In this document: positions 12,789 to 23,772 of the stretch, piece after piece
Position numbering within the stretch: the first letter of the stretch is position 1
Layout: every line of letters starts with the position of its first letter
Origin: Squalus acanthias
Lineage: Eukaryota
Direction of reading: 5' to 3'
DNA length: 64,000 nt
Assembly (NCBI GenBank): GCA_030390025.1
Contig: CM059431.1
Location: forward strand, 159,032,001 to 159,096,000
Notes under the pieces: generated by a model
Told to the model about the DNA's origin: nothing
Database searches by the model: none
Seen by the model: the letters and a program-made list of their open reading frames with translations, nothing else
Made by a program: the position numbers and the translations under genes

Positions 12789-13752
12789 GTAAATAAACTG
12801 GATATTGGAAAACAATGTAGAATTTCTAAACTTGCAGATTACACCAAACTTGGGAGTGTGGCAAACAGTGATGATGATACCAGTCGACTGCAACAGGACA
12901 TTCACAGGCTAGCAGAAAAGGCAGACAAGTGGCAGATGGGATTTAAATACAGGGAAGTGTGAGGTGATGCATTTGGCAGAAGGAACAGGAAGAGGCAATA
13001 TACACTTAATGCCACAGTTTTAAATAGTGTGCATGGACAGGGGGACCTTGAGTTAACGTACATCGGTCCCTGAAGGTGGCAGGATATATTGAGAGAGTGG
13101 TTAACAAAGGACATGTGATCTTGGGCTTCATAAATAGAGGTATTGAGTAAAGTAGTAGAGAATTTATTCTGAAACTTTATAAAGTGTTGATTAGGACACT
13201 ACTGGAGTATTGCGTTCATTTCTGGTCACCACACTTTTGGAAGGATGTGTACGGCACTTGAGATGGGGTGCAGAGGAGATGTACCAGAATGGTTCCAGAG
13301 AAGGGAGATCTTAGCTGCATGGCCAGGTTGGAGAAGCAGGATTTGTTTTCATTAGAGCAAAGGAGGTTGAGGGGTGACTTGTAGAGGTGTACAAGATTAT
13401 GACGCGTTTGTATCGGCTAGAGGGTGGAAGGCTGCTCCAACTAATTGATGGTACAAGGACTTAGGGGCGCAGATTTAAGATTTTGGGCAAGAGATACAGT
13501 GAGGTTTTGAGGAAAATCTTGTTTACACAACGCGTGGTGATGACTTCGGATTCGCTGTCGACGGAAGTGGTGGAAGCAGAGCCACTCAATGTTTTCAACG
13601 GGAGCCTGGATAGGCACTTGAGGGAAATAAACTTGCAGGGCTACCATGATAGAGCGGGGGAATGGAACTGACTGGATTGCTCTACAGAGAGCCGGCGCGG
13701 ACTCGTTGAGCAAAATTACCTCTTTCTGTGCCGTTATGTCTCTATGACTCCA
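10790..13752 (+). mobile_element. Decayed CR1 ORF2 (second subfamily) with 3' tail
   Basis: ITETW, SDH and FDKVPHRRL fragments; tail tctatgactccatga; same subfamily as 46400-52060. Confidence 0.9.
12718..12788. repeat. (TA)n microsatellite expanded inside a CR1 RT region
   Basis: Directly visible TA run. Confidence 0.97.
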
Positions 13753-14790
13753 TGATCTTCCAATATTCCCTAGCTTCTGGAACGCTCCCAGCGGATTGGA
13801 AGTTAGCAAATGCAACCTTGCTCTTCATGAAAGGAGGGAGAGATAAAATACGGAACAGAGGCCAGTAAGCCTGAGATCAGTAGCCGGGAAAATTTTGGAA
13901 TCCATTATTAATGCAGTGGTAATTGGGCAATTAAAAAAGCATCATATGATCATGCAGAGTCAACATCACTTTATGAAAGGGAAATTGTGTTTGACAATTT
14001 TATTAGAGTAATTTGAGGATGTAACTAGCAGGGTAGATAAAGGGGTACCAGTGAATGTAGTATATTCTGATTTCCAAAAGGCTTTTGCTAAAGTGTCGCA
14101 TAAAGGGGCGCTGTGCAACATAAGGGCTCATGTGGTTGGGGTAATATATTAGCATGGATAGAGGATTTGTTAACGGACAGAAAATAGAGTAAGGAAATGG
14201 GTCAAATTTCTGGTTTACAGGGTGCCGCAAGGATCGTTGCTTGGGCCTCAGCTATTTACAATCTATATTAATGACTGAGATGAACGGACGAAGTGCAAAG
14301 AATCCAAATTTTCTGACGATACAAAGCTAGATGGGAAAGCAAGCTGTGAGCTGCACGCAAAGAGCCTGCAAAGGAATAGAGCCAAGTTATGCGAATGGGC
14401 AATAAGGTGGCAGTTAAAGTATAATGTGGGGACGTGGGAGGTTATTCACTTTTGTTAGAAGAATAGAAAAACAGAATATTTTTCAAATGGTGAGAAACTA
14501 TTAAATGTTTGTATTCAGTGCGAATTAGGAGTCATCGTACAGGATGCGCAAAAAGTTATCATGCAGGCAAGTTCAGAATTAGGAAGGCAAATGGTATGTT
14601 TGCCTTTATTGCAAGGGAGTTGGAGTATAACAATAAGGAAGTCTTACTACCATTGTACAGGGCTTTGGTGAGACCACACCTGCAGTGCTGTGCACAGTTT
14701 TGGTCTCTTTATCTGAAGAAGGATACACTTGCCATGAAGGCGGTGCAACGAAGGTTAATTGGTTGATCCCTGGGATTGACAGGGCTGTCC
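13753..14790 (+). mobile_element. Decayed CR1 ORF2 fragment
   Basis: LYRALVRPHLQCCAQFWS and degenerate RT motifs. Confidence 0.85.
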
Positions 14791-15375
14791 TATTTACTGT
14801 TACTGTTTACTGTTTAAAATCTAAATTTCCAAGCTTTAAGCAAGGTTATAAAGGGATATACAAGGTCTACATTTCAGAGCAGCTGAAGGCAGTTAATTAG
14901 GGAAACTAGATTAAATTGGTTCTCCTGTAGCTGGGCTCAGCAAGTCTCCTTTGTTTCAGGACCTATAAAAACATGCTTTGAAGTTTGAGTTTGCACTAAG
15001 TGCGGTTTAAACAGAGTGCTGTGAGTTGGGTGAGTCAGCGAGTTAGGTTAGGAGTGGAAGGAGGTGCTCCCTTGCTTAGCCTTAGTTTTGCCTAACTTTT
15101 CACCCTTTAGTAAGTGGTTCTTACTTTACAACAAGGAAAGTGTCCAGGAGCAGGAGTCGTCATACAACAACTACGAAACAGCAAAAGTGACGTCACTACC
15201 AGGGAAGGAGCTGATTGGTAAGTAGGACCTGGTGAGTATTTCTACAGTCCAGTCGTGAAAGTGAAAGTAAGGTCTATAGTTTAGAGTAAGTAGTGTTTAA
15301 AGGGTAGTAAGGTCCCTAGTATATTTAATATTCTTTAATTTAAAGGAGGTAAAGTGAGTAAATTAAGGGTAGCAC

Positions 15376-15975
15376 ATGGCAGGGCAGCTCAGCACTGTGG
15401 AGTCCTCCTCCTGTACTATGTGGGAAGGCAGGGACACTTTAGGTGTTCAGGGCGAACATTTCTGCAGGAAGTGTCTCCAGCTGCTGCTACTCGAAATCCG
15501 CGTTTCGAAGCTGGAGCTGCGGCTGGAGTCACCATGGAGCATCCGCGAAGCTGAGATCTTCGTAGATAGCACGTTTAACGAGGTGGTCACATCGCAGGTA
15601 AAGAGTGCACAGACAGACAGTAAATCGGTGAACGCCAGACAGAGTAAAAGACCTAGGAAGGTAGTGCAGGAGTCCCCTGGGTCCAACTCCCTTTCCGACA
15701 GATTTTCAATTTTGGATACTACTGGGGGAGATGGTTTCTCTGGGGAAAGCAGCAGGAGCCAATTCCGTGGCACTACGAGTGGCTCAGCTGCACAGGAGGG
15801 GAGGAAAAAGAATGGGAAAGCAATAGTGATAGGGGATTCTATCGTAAGGGGAACAGATAGACGTTTCTGTGGCCACAGACTCGACTCCAGGATGGTATGT
15901 TGCCTCCCTGGTGCCAGGGTCGAGGATGTCACTGAATGGCTGCACGGCATTCTGAAGGGGGAGGACGAACAGTGA
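15376..15975 (+). pseudogene. CR1 ORF1 (zinc finger, coiled coil, SGNH esterase N-half), prematurely terminated
   Basis: 199-aa ORF with GDS esterase motif; TGA at 15973 just before VHIGTND. Confidence 0.85.
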
Positions 15976-16347
15976 TAGGTCGTTGTTCACATTGGTACCA
16001 ACGACATTGGTAGAAAGAGGGATGAGGTCCTGCAACAAGAATTTAGGGAGCTAGATAGCAGATTAAAAAGAAGGACCTCAAAGTTTGTAATCTCTTGTTC
16101 ACTCCCAGTGCCACGTTCCAGTGAGTATAGGAATAGGAGTGCCACGTGCTAGTAAGAGTACAGAGAACAGGATAGTTAGGCTAAATACGTGGCTTGAGCA
16201 GTGGTGTAAGAGGGAGGGTTTTAAATTTTTGAGGCATTGGGACCAGTTTTGTGGTAGGTGTGACCTATACAAAAGGGACGGTCTACACCTGTGCAAAGAT
16301 GGAACTGAGGTTCTCGGGGTAAATTTTGATAAAGCAGTTCGGGAGCA

Positions 16348-16354
16348 TTTAAAC
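16348..16354 (+). promoter_or_regulatory. Candidate -1 ribosomal frameshift heptamer U-UUA-AAC at the ORF1/ORF2 junction
   Basis: ORF1 reads CAT TTA AAC TAG, so the heptamer is in X_XXY_YYZ phase; ORF2 is in the -1 frame; same motif and phase at 1840-1846. Confidence 0.65.
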
Positions 16355-19299
16355 TAGTATGGCAGGGGGCTAGAAACCCATGTAGTGAAATAGAGGAAAG
16401 TGAAAGGCAGACAGAAATAAATGGTAAACAGGAGAGGAACAAAAAACAAAGGGCCAAACTAATTCATAAAAAATGTGAGCATAAAAAAAGCCTGAGGGTT
16501 TTATACCTTAATGCGAGAAGCATCAGGAACAAGGTAGATGAATTAGCTGTGGAAATAGAGGTTAATAATTATGATCTAATTGGGATTACGGAAACATGGT
16601 TGCAGGGTGAGCAGGGCTGGGAGCTTAACATACAGGGGTATTCAGTATTTAGGAAGGATCGACAAAAAAGAAAGGGAGGAGGGGTAGCATTGCTGGTAAA
16701 AGAGGGGATAAATGCAATTGAAAGGAAGGATATTAACTCAGTTAATACAGAATCTATATGGGTGGAGCTAAGAAATAGCGAGGGGCGAAAAACATTAATA
16801 GGAGTGGTATATAGGCCTCCAAATAGTAAAATAGAGGTTGGGGAGGGCATCACGAGGGAAATTAGAGAAGCGTGCAATAAGAGCACAGCTGTCATCATAG
16901 GTGACTTTAACTTACATATAGATTGGACTAGCCTAATCAGTAAAAATAATGAGGAGGAGGAATTCCTTGAGTGTTTAAGGGATGGTTATCTGGATCAATA
17001 TGTCGAGGAACCAACTCGGGAACAGGCTATATTGGACTGGGTACTGTGCAATGAGAACGGACTAATTAGTAATCTTGTTGTACGGGGACCCTTGGGTCAG
17101 AGCGATCATAACATGATCGATTTCTCACTCGAAATGGAGAGGGAAGAAATTGACTCAGAGACTCAGGTCCTGAATTTAAACAAGGGGAATTATGATGCCA
17201 TTAGACGGGAACTGAGTAGGTCTGATTGGACAACGTCCCTGGGAGGACTGGAGGTAGATAAACAATGGCAAGCATTTAAAGATAGAATGACAAAATTGCA
17301 AAAATTGTTTATACCAATCTGGCATAAAAGGAAATCTAAAAAGGTGACTCAACCGTGGATAACAGGGGAAATTAGAGACAGCATAAAATCCAAAGATAGG
17401 GCGTATAAAATAGCCAAAAAACGCGCCAGAGCGGAAGATTGGGAACAGTTTAAGATAGAGCAAAGGAGGGCAAAGGGCTTAATCAAGAAGGGCAAAATAG
17501 CTTACGAAAGCAAGCTGGCGGAAAATATAAAAACTAACTCCAAAAGCTTTTATAAGTATATCAAGAGGAAAAGACTGGTGAAAACCAAAGTTGGTCCATT
17601 GCAGTCAGATACGGGGGAATATATAATGGGAAATAAGGAAATGGCAGACCAACTAAATGCATACTTTGGGTCAGTCTTTACGAAGGAAGACACAAAAAAC
17701 CTCCCTGGGATATCGGGAAAAATAGGGACATTGGCAAAGGAGGAACTGACGCAATTCAATATCTCTAAGGATATGGTGTTAAGGAAGCTAAAGGGATTGA
17801 AGGCGGACAAATCCCCAGGGCCTGATAACATGCATCCTAGGGTACTGAAGGAGGTGGCCCTAGAGATAGCGGATGCACTAAGCATGATTTTTCAGAATTC
17901 ATTAGACTCGGGAACAGTGCCCATGGATTGGAGGGTAGCTAACGTTACCCCACTATTCAAAAAGGGGGGTAGGGAAAAAGCAGGTAATTACAGACCTGTA
18001 AGCCTTACATCAGTTGTGGGCAAAATGCTGGAGTCCATCATTAAGGATGAAATAGCCGAGCACTTAGCAAATGGGGACAGGATAGGACAGAGTCAACATG
18101 GATTTACAAAGGGTAAATCGTGCTTGACTAATCTATTGGAATTTTTTGAGGGAGTAACTGGTAAAATAGATGGGGGAGAGCCAGTAGATGTGGTGTACCT
18201 GGACTTCCAAAAGGCCTTCGATAAGGTCCCACATAAAAGATTAGCATGGAAAATTGAAGCTCATGGGATAAAGGGGAAAGTATTGACGTGGATAGAGAAC
18301 TGGCTGTCAGATAGAAAACAGAGAGTTGGAATAAACGGCTCATTTTCTGAATGGCAGGCAGTAACAAGTGGGGTACCACAGGGATCTGTCCTGGGTCCCC
18401 AGCTGTTCACAATTTATATTAATGACCTGGATCAGGGAGTCGAATGCAGCATTTCCAAATTTGCAGACGACACTAAACTAGGAGGGGGGGTGGGCTCAGA
18501 GGAGGAGACCAGGAAGCTCCAGAGCGATTTGGACAGACTTGGTGATTGGGCGGATAAATGGCAGATGCACTATAATGTGGACAAGTGCGAAGTTATCCAC
18601 CTTGGGTGCAGGAACGGGAGGGCAAATTATTATTTAAATGGCAATAAATTGGGAGAGGGGGAAGTACAGAGAGACCTGGGTGTTCTTGTACACCAGTCAC
18701 TGAAGGCGAGCATGCAGGTGCAACAGGCGGTCAAGAAGGCAAACGGTATGCTGGCCTTCATAGCAAAAGGGTTGGAATACAGGAACAGGGATACCTTGCT
18801 GCAGCTGTACAGGGCACTGGTGAGACCACACCTCGAGTACTGTGTACAGTTTTGGTCGCCTCATCTGAGGAAAGATGTTCTTGCCATGGAGGGGGTGCAG
18901 CGGCGATTCACCAGGCTGATACCAGGAATGGCGGGATTGACCTATGAGGAGAGACTATGTAGTTTAGGGATGTACACACTGGAGTTTAGAAGATTGAGAG
19001 GGGACCTCATAGAAGTGTATAAAATTCTGACAGGTCTAGACAGATTAGATGCAGAAGGAATGTTTCCCTTGGCGGGTGAGAACAGAACTAGAGGACATAA
19101 TTTAAGGATAAGGGCTAAACCATTTAGGACAGAAATGAGGGGGAATTTCTTCACTCAGAGAGTGGTGAACCTGTGGAACTCATTGCCACAGAGGGCAGTG
19201 TACGCCAGCTCATTAAATATATTTAAGAGGGAATTAGATATATTTCTACAGGCAAAAGGGGTTAAGGGTTACGGAGAGAAGGCGGGGACGGGATACTGA
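16348..19299 (+). CDS. Intact CR1 ORF2: apurinic endonuclease plus reverse transcriptase (~983 codons from the slippery site; no ATG start)
   Basis: Frame open from 16333 to TGA 19297-19299; YLNARS, ITETW, YRPP, GDFN, SDH, NYRPVSLTS, QHGF, YLDFQKAFDKVPH, GVPQGSVLGP and KFADD all intact. Confidence 0.93.
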   Translation, partial: FKLVWQGARNPCSEIEESERQTEINGKQERNKKQRAKLIHKKCEHKKSLRVLYLNARSIRNKVDELAVEIEVNNYDLIGITETWLQGEQGWELNIQGYSVFRKDRQKRKGGGVALLVKEGINAIERKDINSVNTESIWVELRNSEGRKTLIGVVYRPPNSKIEVGEGITREIREACNKSTAVIIGDFNLHIDWTSLISKNNEEEEFLECLRDGYLDQYVEEPTREQAILDWVLCNENGLISNLVVRGPLGQSDHNMIDFSLEMEREEIDSETQVLNLNKGNYDAIRRELSRSDWTTSLGGLEVDKQWQAFKDRMTKLQKLFIPIWHKRKSKKVTQPWITGEIRDSIKSKDRAYKIAKKRARAEDWEQFKIEQRRAKGLIKKGKIAYESKLAENIKTNSKSFYKYIKRKRLVKTKVGPLQSDTGEYIMGNKEMADQLNAYFGSVFTKEDTKNLPGISGKIGTLAKEELTQFNISKDMVLRKLKGLKADKSPGPDNMHPRVLKEVALEIADALSMIFQNSLDSGTVPMDWRVANVTPLFKKGGREKAGNYRPVSLTSVVGKMLESIIKDEIAEHLANGDRIGQSQHGFTKGKSCLTNLLEFFEGVTGKIDGGEPVDVVYLDFQKAFDKVPHKRLAWKIEAHGIKGKVLTWIENWLSDRKQRVGINGSFSEWQAVTSGVPQGSVLGPQLFTIYINDLDQGVECSISKFADDTKLGGGVGSEEETRKLQSDLDRLGDWADKWQMHYNVDKCEVIHLGCRNGRANYYLNGNKLGEGEVQRDLGVLVHQSLKASMQVQQAVKKANGMLAFIAKGLEYRNRDTLLQLYRALVRPHLEYCVQFWSPHLRKDVLAMEGVQRRFTRLIPGMAGLTYEERLCSLGMYTLEFRRLRGDLIEVYKILTGLDRLDAEGMFPLAGENRTRGHNLRIRAKPFRTEMRGNFFTQRVVNLWNSLPQRAVYASSLNIFKRELDIFLQAKGVKGYGEKAGTGY

Positions 19300-20433
19300 A
19301 TTGAAGGATCAGCCATGATCTCATTAAATGGCGGAGCAGGCTCGAAGGGCCGGATGGCCTACTCCTGCTCCTATCTTCTATGTATGTCGGAGGATAGAAC
19401 AGAGAAATGCATGGCTAAAGAGTTGGTGAAGGAGGGAGGGCTTTAGTTTCCTGAATCACTGGGTCTGCTTCTGGGGAAGGTGGGACCTGTACAAGTCGGA
19501 CGCGTTGCTTTGAACCGGAACTGGACCAACATCCTTGCGAGATCGTTTGCTACTAATTTGTGGGGTGGTTAAACTGACTTGGCTGGAGGATGGGATAAGG
19601 AGTGGAGCTATAGTAGGGGGTGATGCACAACCAAATATAGAGGAAAAACAAGTCAACATGGAAGGCAGAGCAAATATGTAACGGCACAAGGGAGTATGGC
19701 AAGGCTGGTTGGCATCTATTTTAATGCATGGAGTCTTGTGAGTATCGGAGATGAATTGAAGGTGTTGATGAACACATGGGAGTATGATATTGTTGCTATC
19801 ACAGAGACATGTTTGAGGGAGGGGCAGGACTGGCAGCTCAATATTTCGGTGTATAGAATCTTCAGGCGAGACAGATGGGGGTGTAAAAGAGGAGGGGGTA
19901 TCGCAATATTAATCAAGGAGTCAATTACTGCTGTAAGGAGGGATGATATCTTAACAGGTTCCTCTAATGAGGCCATATGGGTAGAACTTAAAAACAAAAT
20001 GGGGACAAGCACTTTCCTGCGAGTATACTATAGACCCCCAAACAGTCAGGGTCAGATAGAGGAACATATACGTAGGAAAATCTCAGAGAAGTGTAGAAAT
20101 AATAGGGTAATATTAGTAGGGGATTTCAACTTCCCCAATATTAACTGGGATAGTCAGAGTGTCAACTGCTTAGAAGGTGCGGAATTCTTAAAGTGCATCC
20201 AGGAGAGCTTTTTGAGCCAGCATGTAGAAAGTCCTACAAGAGAGGGGGACCTAATTCTCGTGAATGTAACCAGGCAAGTGTTAGAAGTGTCAGTAGGAGA
20301 GCATTTTGGTGACAGTGACCATAATTCGTTGAGATATAAGGTAGTCATGGAAAAGGACAAAGATGGACCGGAAATAAAGTTTCTAAATTGGGGGAAGGCC
20401 GATTTTAATATGATAAGGCAGGATCTGTCCAAA

Positions 20434-20707
20434 AACGTGCGGGTTAGGTTGATTTGGCTATGATAAATTGACCCTTAGCGTTAGGGGGGGATTAAATATG
20501 TGGGGTTGTGGGGATAGGATGGGATATGTTAGGGGGAATTAAATACGTGGGGTTATGGGGGTAGGGTGGGATATGTGTACTGTGGGGATTAAAGCATGGA
20601 CAGGGTACTGGATTTGGATGATCAGCCATGATCGTATTGAATGGTGGAGCAGGCTCGACGGGCCGAATGGCCTACTCCTGCTCCTAGATTCTATGTTTCT
20701 ATGTTTC
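20434..20707 (+). mobile_element. 5'-truncated HE1/V-SINE-like element with CR1-derived tail
   Basis: ggttaggttgatttggctatgataaattgaccctta matches the SINE at 58885-59193; CR1 3' hairpin and ttctatgt tail; interrupts a CR1 ORF2. Confidence 0.8.
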
Positions 20708-21269
20708 AAAGTGGACTGGTATCAGCTACTAGTAGGCAAAGCCTCATTGAGCAGTGTGAGTCTTTCAGAAAGAAAAAAAGAGAGAGTACAACTCCAACAT
20801 GTTCCCGTAAAGGTCAAGGGAGGGACCAACAAACCCAGGGAACCCTGGATGTCAAGGCATATACAAGAATGGATCAAGAAAAGAAGGTAGGCTTTTGGCA
20901 GATACAAAGGACTAAAAACAGTGGAAGCCCTAGAGGAGTATAGAAAGTGCAGGGGGGTACTTAAAAAAGAAACTAAGAGAACGAAGAGGGGGCATGAAAA
21001 AACACTGGCGGGCAAAATAAAGTACAATCCTAAGGTGTTTTATTAATATATTAAGGGCAAGAGGATAACCAGGGAAAGGGAATGGCCCTTTAGGGACCAA
21101 AGTGGCAATATGTGTGTAGAGCCAGAAGATGTATGTGAGGTTTTAAATGCATATTCTGCATCTGTGTTCACTACGGAGAAGGACGGTGTAGGCATATACA
21201 TCAGGCAGGGGGATTGTGATATACTTGAACAAATCAGTATTGAGAGGGAGGAGGTATTAGCGGTGGAAC

Positions 21270-21800
21270 AGGACATACACAGGGATCGTGCTGGATGAAT
21301 CTGGGGCGTTGCCTGAAAGGTATGATTCTGTGATTATGATTATGACAGGGTTCTTGCTTGACTAGTCTGTGGGACAGCTCTCCCAATTTTGGCACAAGTC
21401 CCCAAATGTCAGTGGGCGTGGGCGTGGGGGGGGGGGGGGTGGGGGGTTCAGGATAAACCTTTCCGTGCCTCTTTACTTTTTTAAAACCTATTATATTTCT
21501 AACGTTTTCCATCTCGGACGAAACGTTACCTCTTGTTCTCTTTCTCGAATCACATATTGGCCAGACGGCAGATTTACTTCCATAAAGAACATTAGTGAGC
21601 CAGGAGGGTTGTTACGACAATCCGGTAGTTTCTTGGTCACCATTACTGATACTAGCTTTTTAATTCCAGATTTGTTAAATTAACTGCATTTAAATTCCAC
21701 TGCTCCCCTGTTGGGATATGAACTACCTATACTCTGGATCATCAATAGTCCAGGCCTCTGAATTGCTAGTTCAGTAACGTAACCACCATGCTATCGTCCG
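21270..21800 (-). mobile_element. Remnant of a LINE/SINE family with a tRNA-like 5' head
   Basis: 21620-21800 matches 31290-31465; minus strand has a tRNA-like head (atggtggttacgt...gttcatatccc). Confidence 0.55.
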
Positions 21801-21969
21801 CCATCATTTAGGATGGGCAAGTTGCCGAAGCCTCCTTCTCCCGTAAGTTGTTTACATATCCACCACCATTCACAATTGAATGCTGCAGGGCTGCAGAGAT
21901 TTGATGTGATCCATTGGTTTAGCATCACTTAGATCTGTCTATAGTATGCTGCTTGCCCTGTTTATCTGC

Positions 21970-22665
21970 AGCATGTGCGATTTTGCGGAGGGCAGCGTGA
22001 ACTTGGACCACCACATCTGCAGGAAGATTCTGTCACTCGAGAAACGTCGGTTTAGAGTTGTTGAGCTGGAGTCTGAGGTGCAGACATTGTGATGTGCCAG
22101 GCAGGGGGAGATGGCACTTAGACCCAATAGAAAGCCACAGCCCTTAGTTTAGGTAGTGGTTCACATTTGGTTAGTAGACCTTACAGGAGGATGTGCTTGC
22201 GAGTCAGGCAGGTAAGGGGACCTCAGATGCAGTGGTGAAGGAGCCTGAGCTTTTGTCCTGGTCCAACAGGTACCGGTGTGGATGAGATTAAATATTGCAC
22301 GTCAAGATGGGAAAATTGACCAAGGTATCGTGGTACAGGAGGCCTTACAGTGCAGGGGGAGGGAGCGAAAATCAATGTGGTAGTTGTAGGGGCTAGTAGA
22401 ATTCACGGGAGGAATCCTGCTCTCTGCAGCCATGACCAGCAGTCCAGAAGGCTCTGTTGTTTGCACGGTGCCAGGATTAAGGACATCTCCTCGCGATTGG
22501 AGAATAATTTGGAGCAGGATGGGGAGGTTCCAATTGTAATGTTTTAAATCGCAACCAACGAAACAGGTAGAATTAGGGATGAAGTTCTGCTGACAAAGTT
22601 GGAGGAGCTAGGGTACAAATTAAAAAGCAAATTTTTACCTGAGCCACGCGCGAATTGGCACAGAG
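21970..22665 (+). mobile_element. Decayed CR1 ORF1 fragment
   Basis: LCCLHGARIKDISSRLE; similar to 46400-47300. Confidence 0.75.
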
Positions 22666-22669
22666 ACAA

Positions 22670-23772
22670 ATCTCTTAGAAACATTGGATCAGGACTAGGC
22701 CATTGAACACCTCGAACCTGCTCCGAATTCATATACTCGCCTTCTGCCCTATTCACTTAATATATTTGCATAATTAAACGCTATCAATCTCAAACGTTAA
22801 ATTAACAATTGATGTAGCATCACTTGCCGTTTGCGGAAGAGAGTTCGAAACTTCTACCAGTCTTTGTGTGTAGAAGTGTTTCCTAAATTCACTCCAGAAA
22901 CATCTGGCTCTATTTTTACAATATGCCCCCCTAGTCCAAGAATCCCCAACCAGCGGAAATAGTTTATCTCTATCTATTGTGTTTGTTCCCCTTAATATCT
23001 TGAAAACTTCGATCAGATCACCCCTTAAATTTCTAAATTCTAGGGAATACCACCTTAATTTGTGTTTTCTCTCCTCGCAACTTAACCCTTGGAGACCGGG
23101 TATAATTCTGGTAAACCTGCGCTGCACTCCCTCCAAGGCCAATATATTCTTCCTGAGGTGTGCTGCCTAGAACTTCTCACAGCACTCCAGGTGTTGTCTA
23201 ACCAGCGTTTTTTACAGCTGCAGCATAACTTCTAAACCCCTTCTATTATAGTCCTCTAAATTCGGCTTTTTGATTATTTTCTTTACCTGTTCATGACATT
23301 TTAATAATCGATGTACCTGCACCCCTAAGACTCTGTGGACATCCACTGTTTTTAGATTTTCACCATTTAGAAAGTGCCCTGTTCTGTCCTGTTTAGGTCC
23401 AAAGTGGATGAGCTCATATTTGCTAGCATTGAAATTGATTTGCCACAGCTTTAACCAGACATTTAATCTGTCGATATCACTTTGTAATTTAATGCTTTCA
23501 TCTGCACTGCCTACGAAGTGTCATCGGCAAATTTGGATAAATGACATTCTATGCAATCATCTAATTGTTAATAAATACTGCGAATAGTTCAGGCTGCGCG
23601 GTACAACTAGTCACCTCCTGCCAATGTGTGTGCCTACCTATTATTCCTACTGCGTGTCACCTGCCGGTCAGCTAATTTCCTGACCAGGTCAATAATTTGT
23701 CCTCAATTACGTGGGCTTCTACTTTAGTTAACAGTCTCTTATGTGGGAATTTATCAAATGCCTTCTGGAAGT
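22670..23772 (-). mobile_element. CR1 3' portion (RT C-terminus) with a distinct 3'UTR
   Basis: ALEGVQRRFTRIIPG...LRGDLIEVFKIL and FQKAFDKFPHKRLL on the minus strand. Confidence 0.85.

Larger units (their letters stand above)
16140..19388 (+). mobile_element. Young 5'-truncated CR1 insertion with intact ORF2 and 3' stem-loop tail
   Basis: Flanked by GGAG (16136-16139 and 19389-19392); host sequence is continuous across it; ends ggagcagg...cctgctcc tatcttctatgtatgt. Confidence 0.9.
14900..21265 (+). mobile_element. Older CR1 (5'UTR, ORF1, ORF2 endonuclease) hosting the intact CR1 and a SINE
   Basis: ORF1 from ATG 15376 (zinc-finger cysteines, IVIGDSIVRG) breaks at 16139 and resumes at 19389; ORF2 endonuclease at 19696-20430. 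Confidence 0.85.

Noticed and set aside
12672..12962. ORF with a poly-(YI) tract
   Set aside because: Translation of a (TA)n microsatellite inside a dead CR1.
15376..16357. Reconstituted chimeric ORF1 across the nested insertion
   Set aside because: The host has a stop at 15973, and the 31-nt offset puts the insert out of frame.
21413..21447. G-quadruplex-like G run
   Set aside because: Isolated low-complexity tract in decayed repeat sequence with no supporting context.
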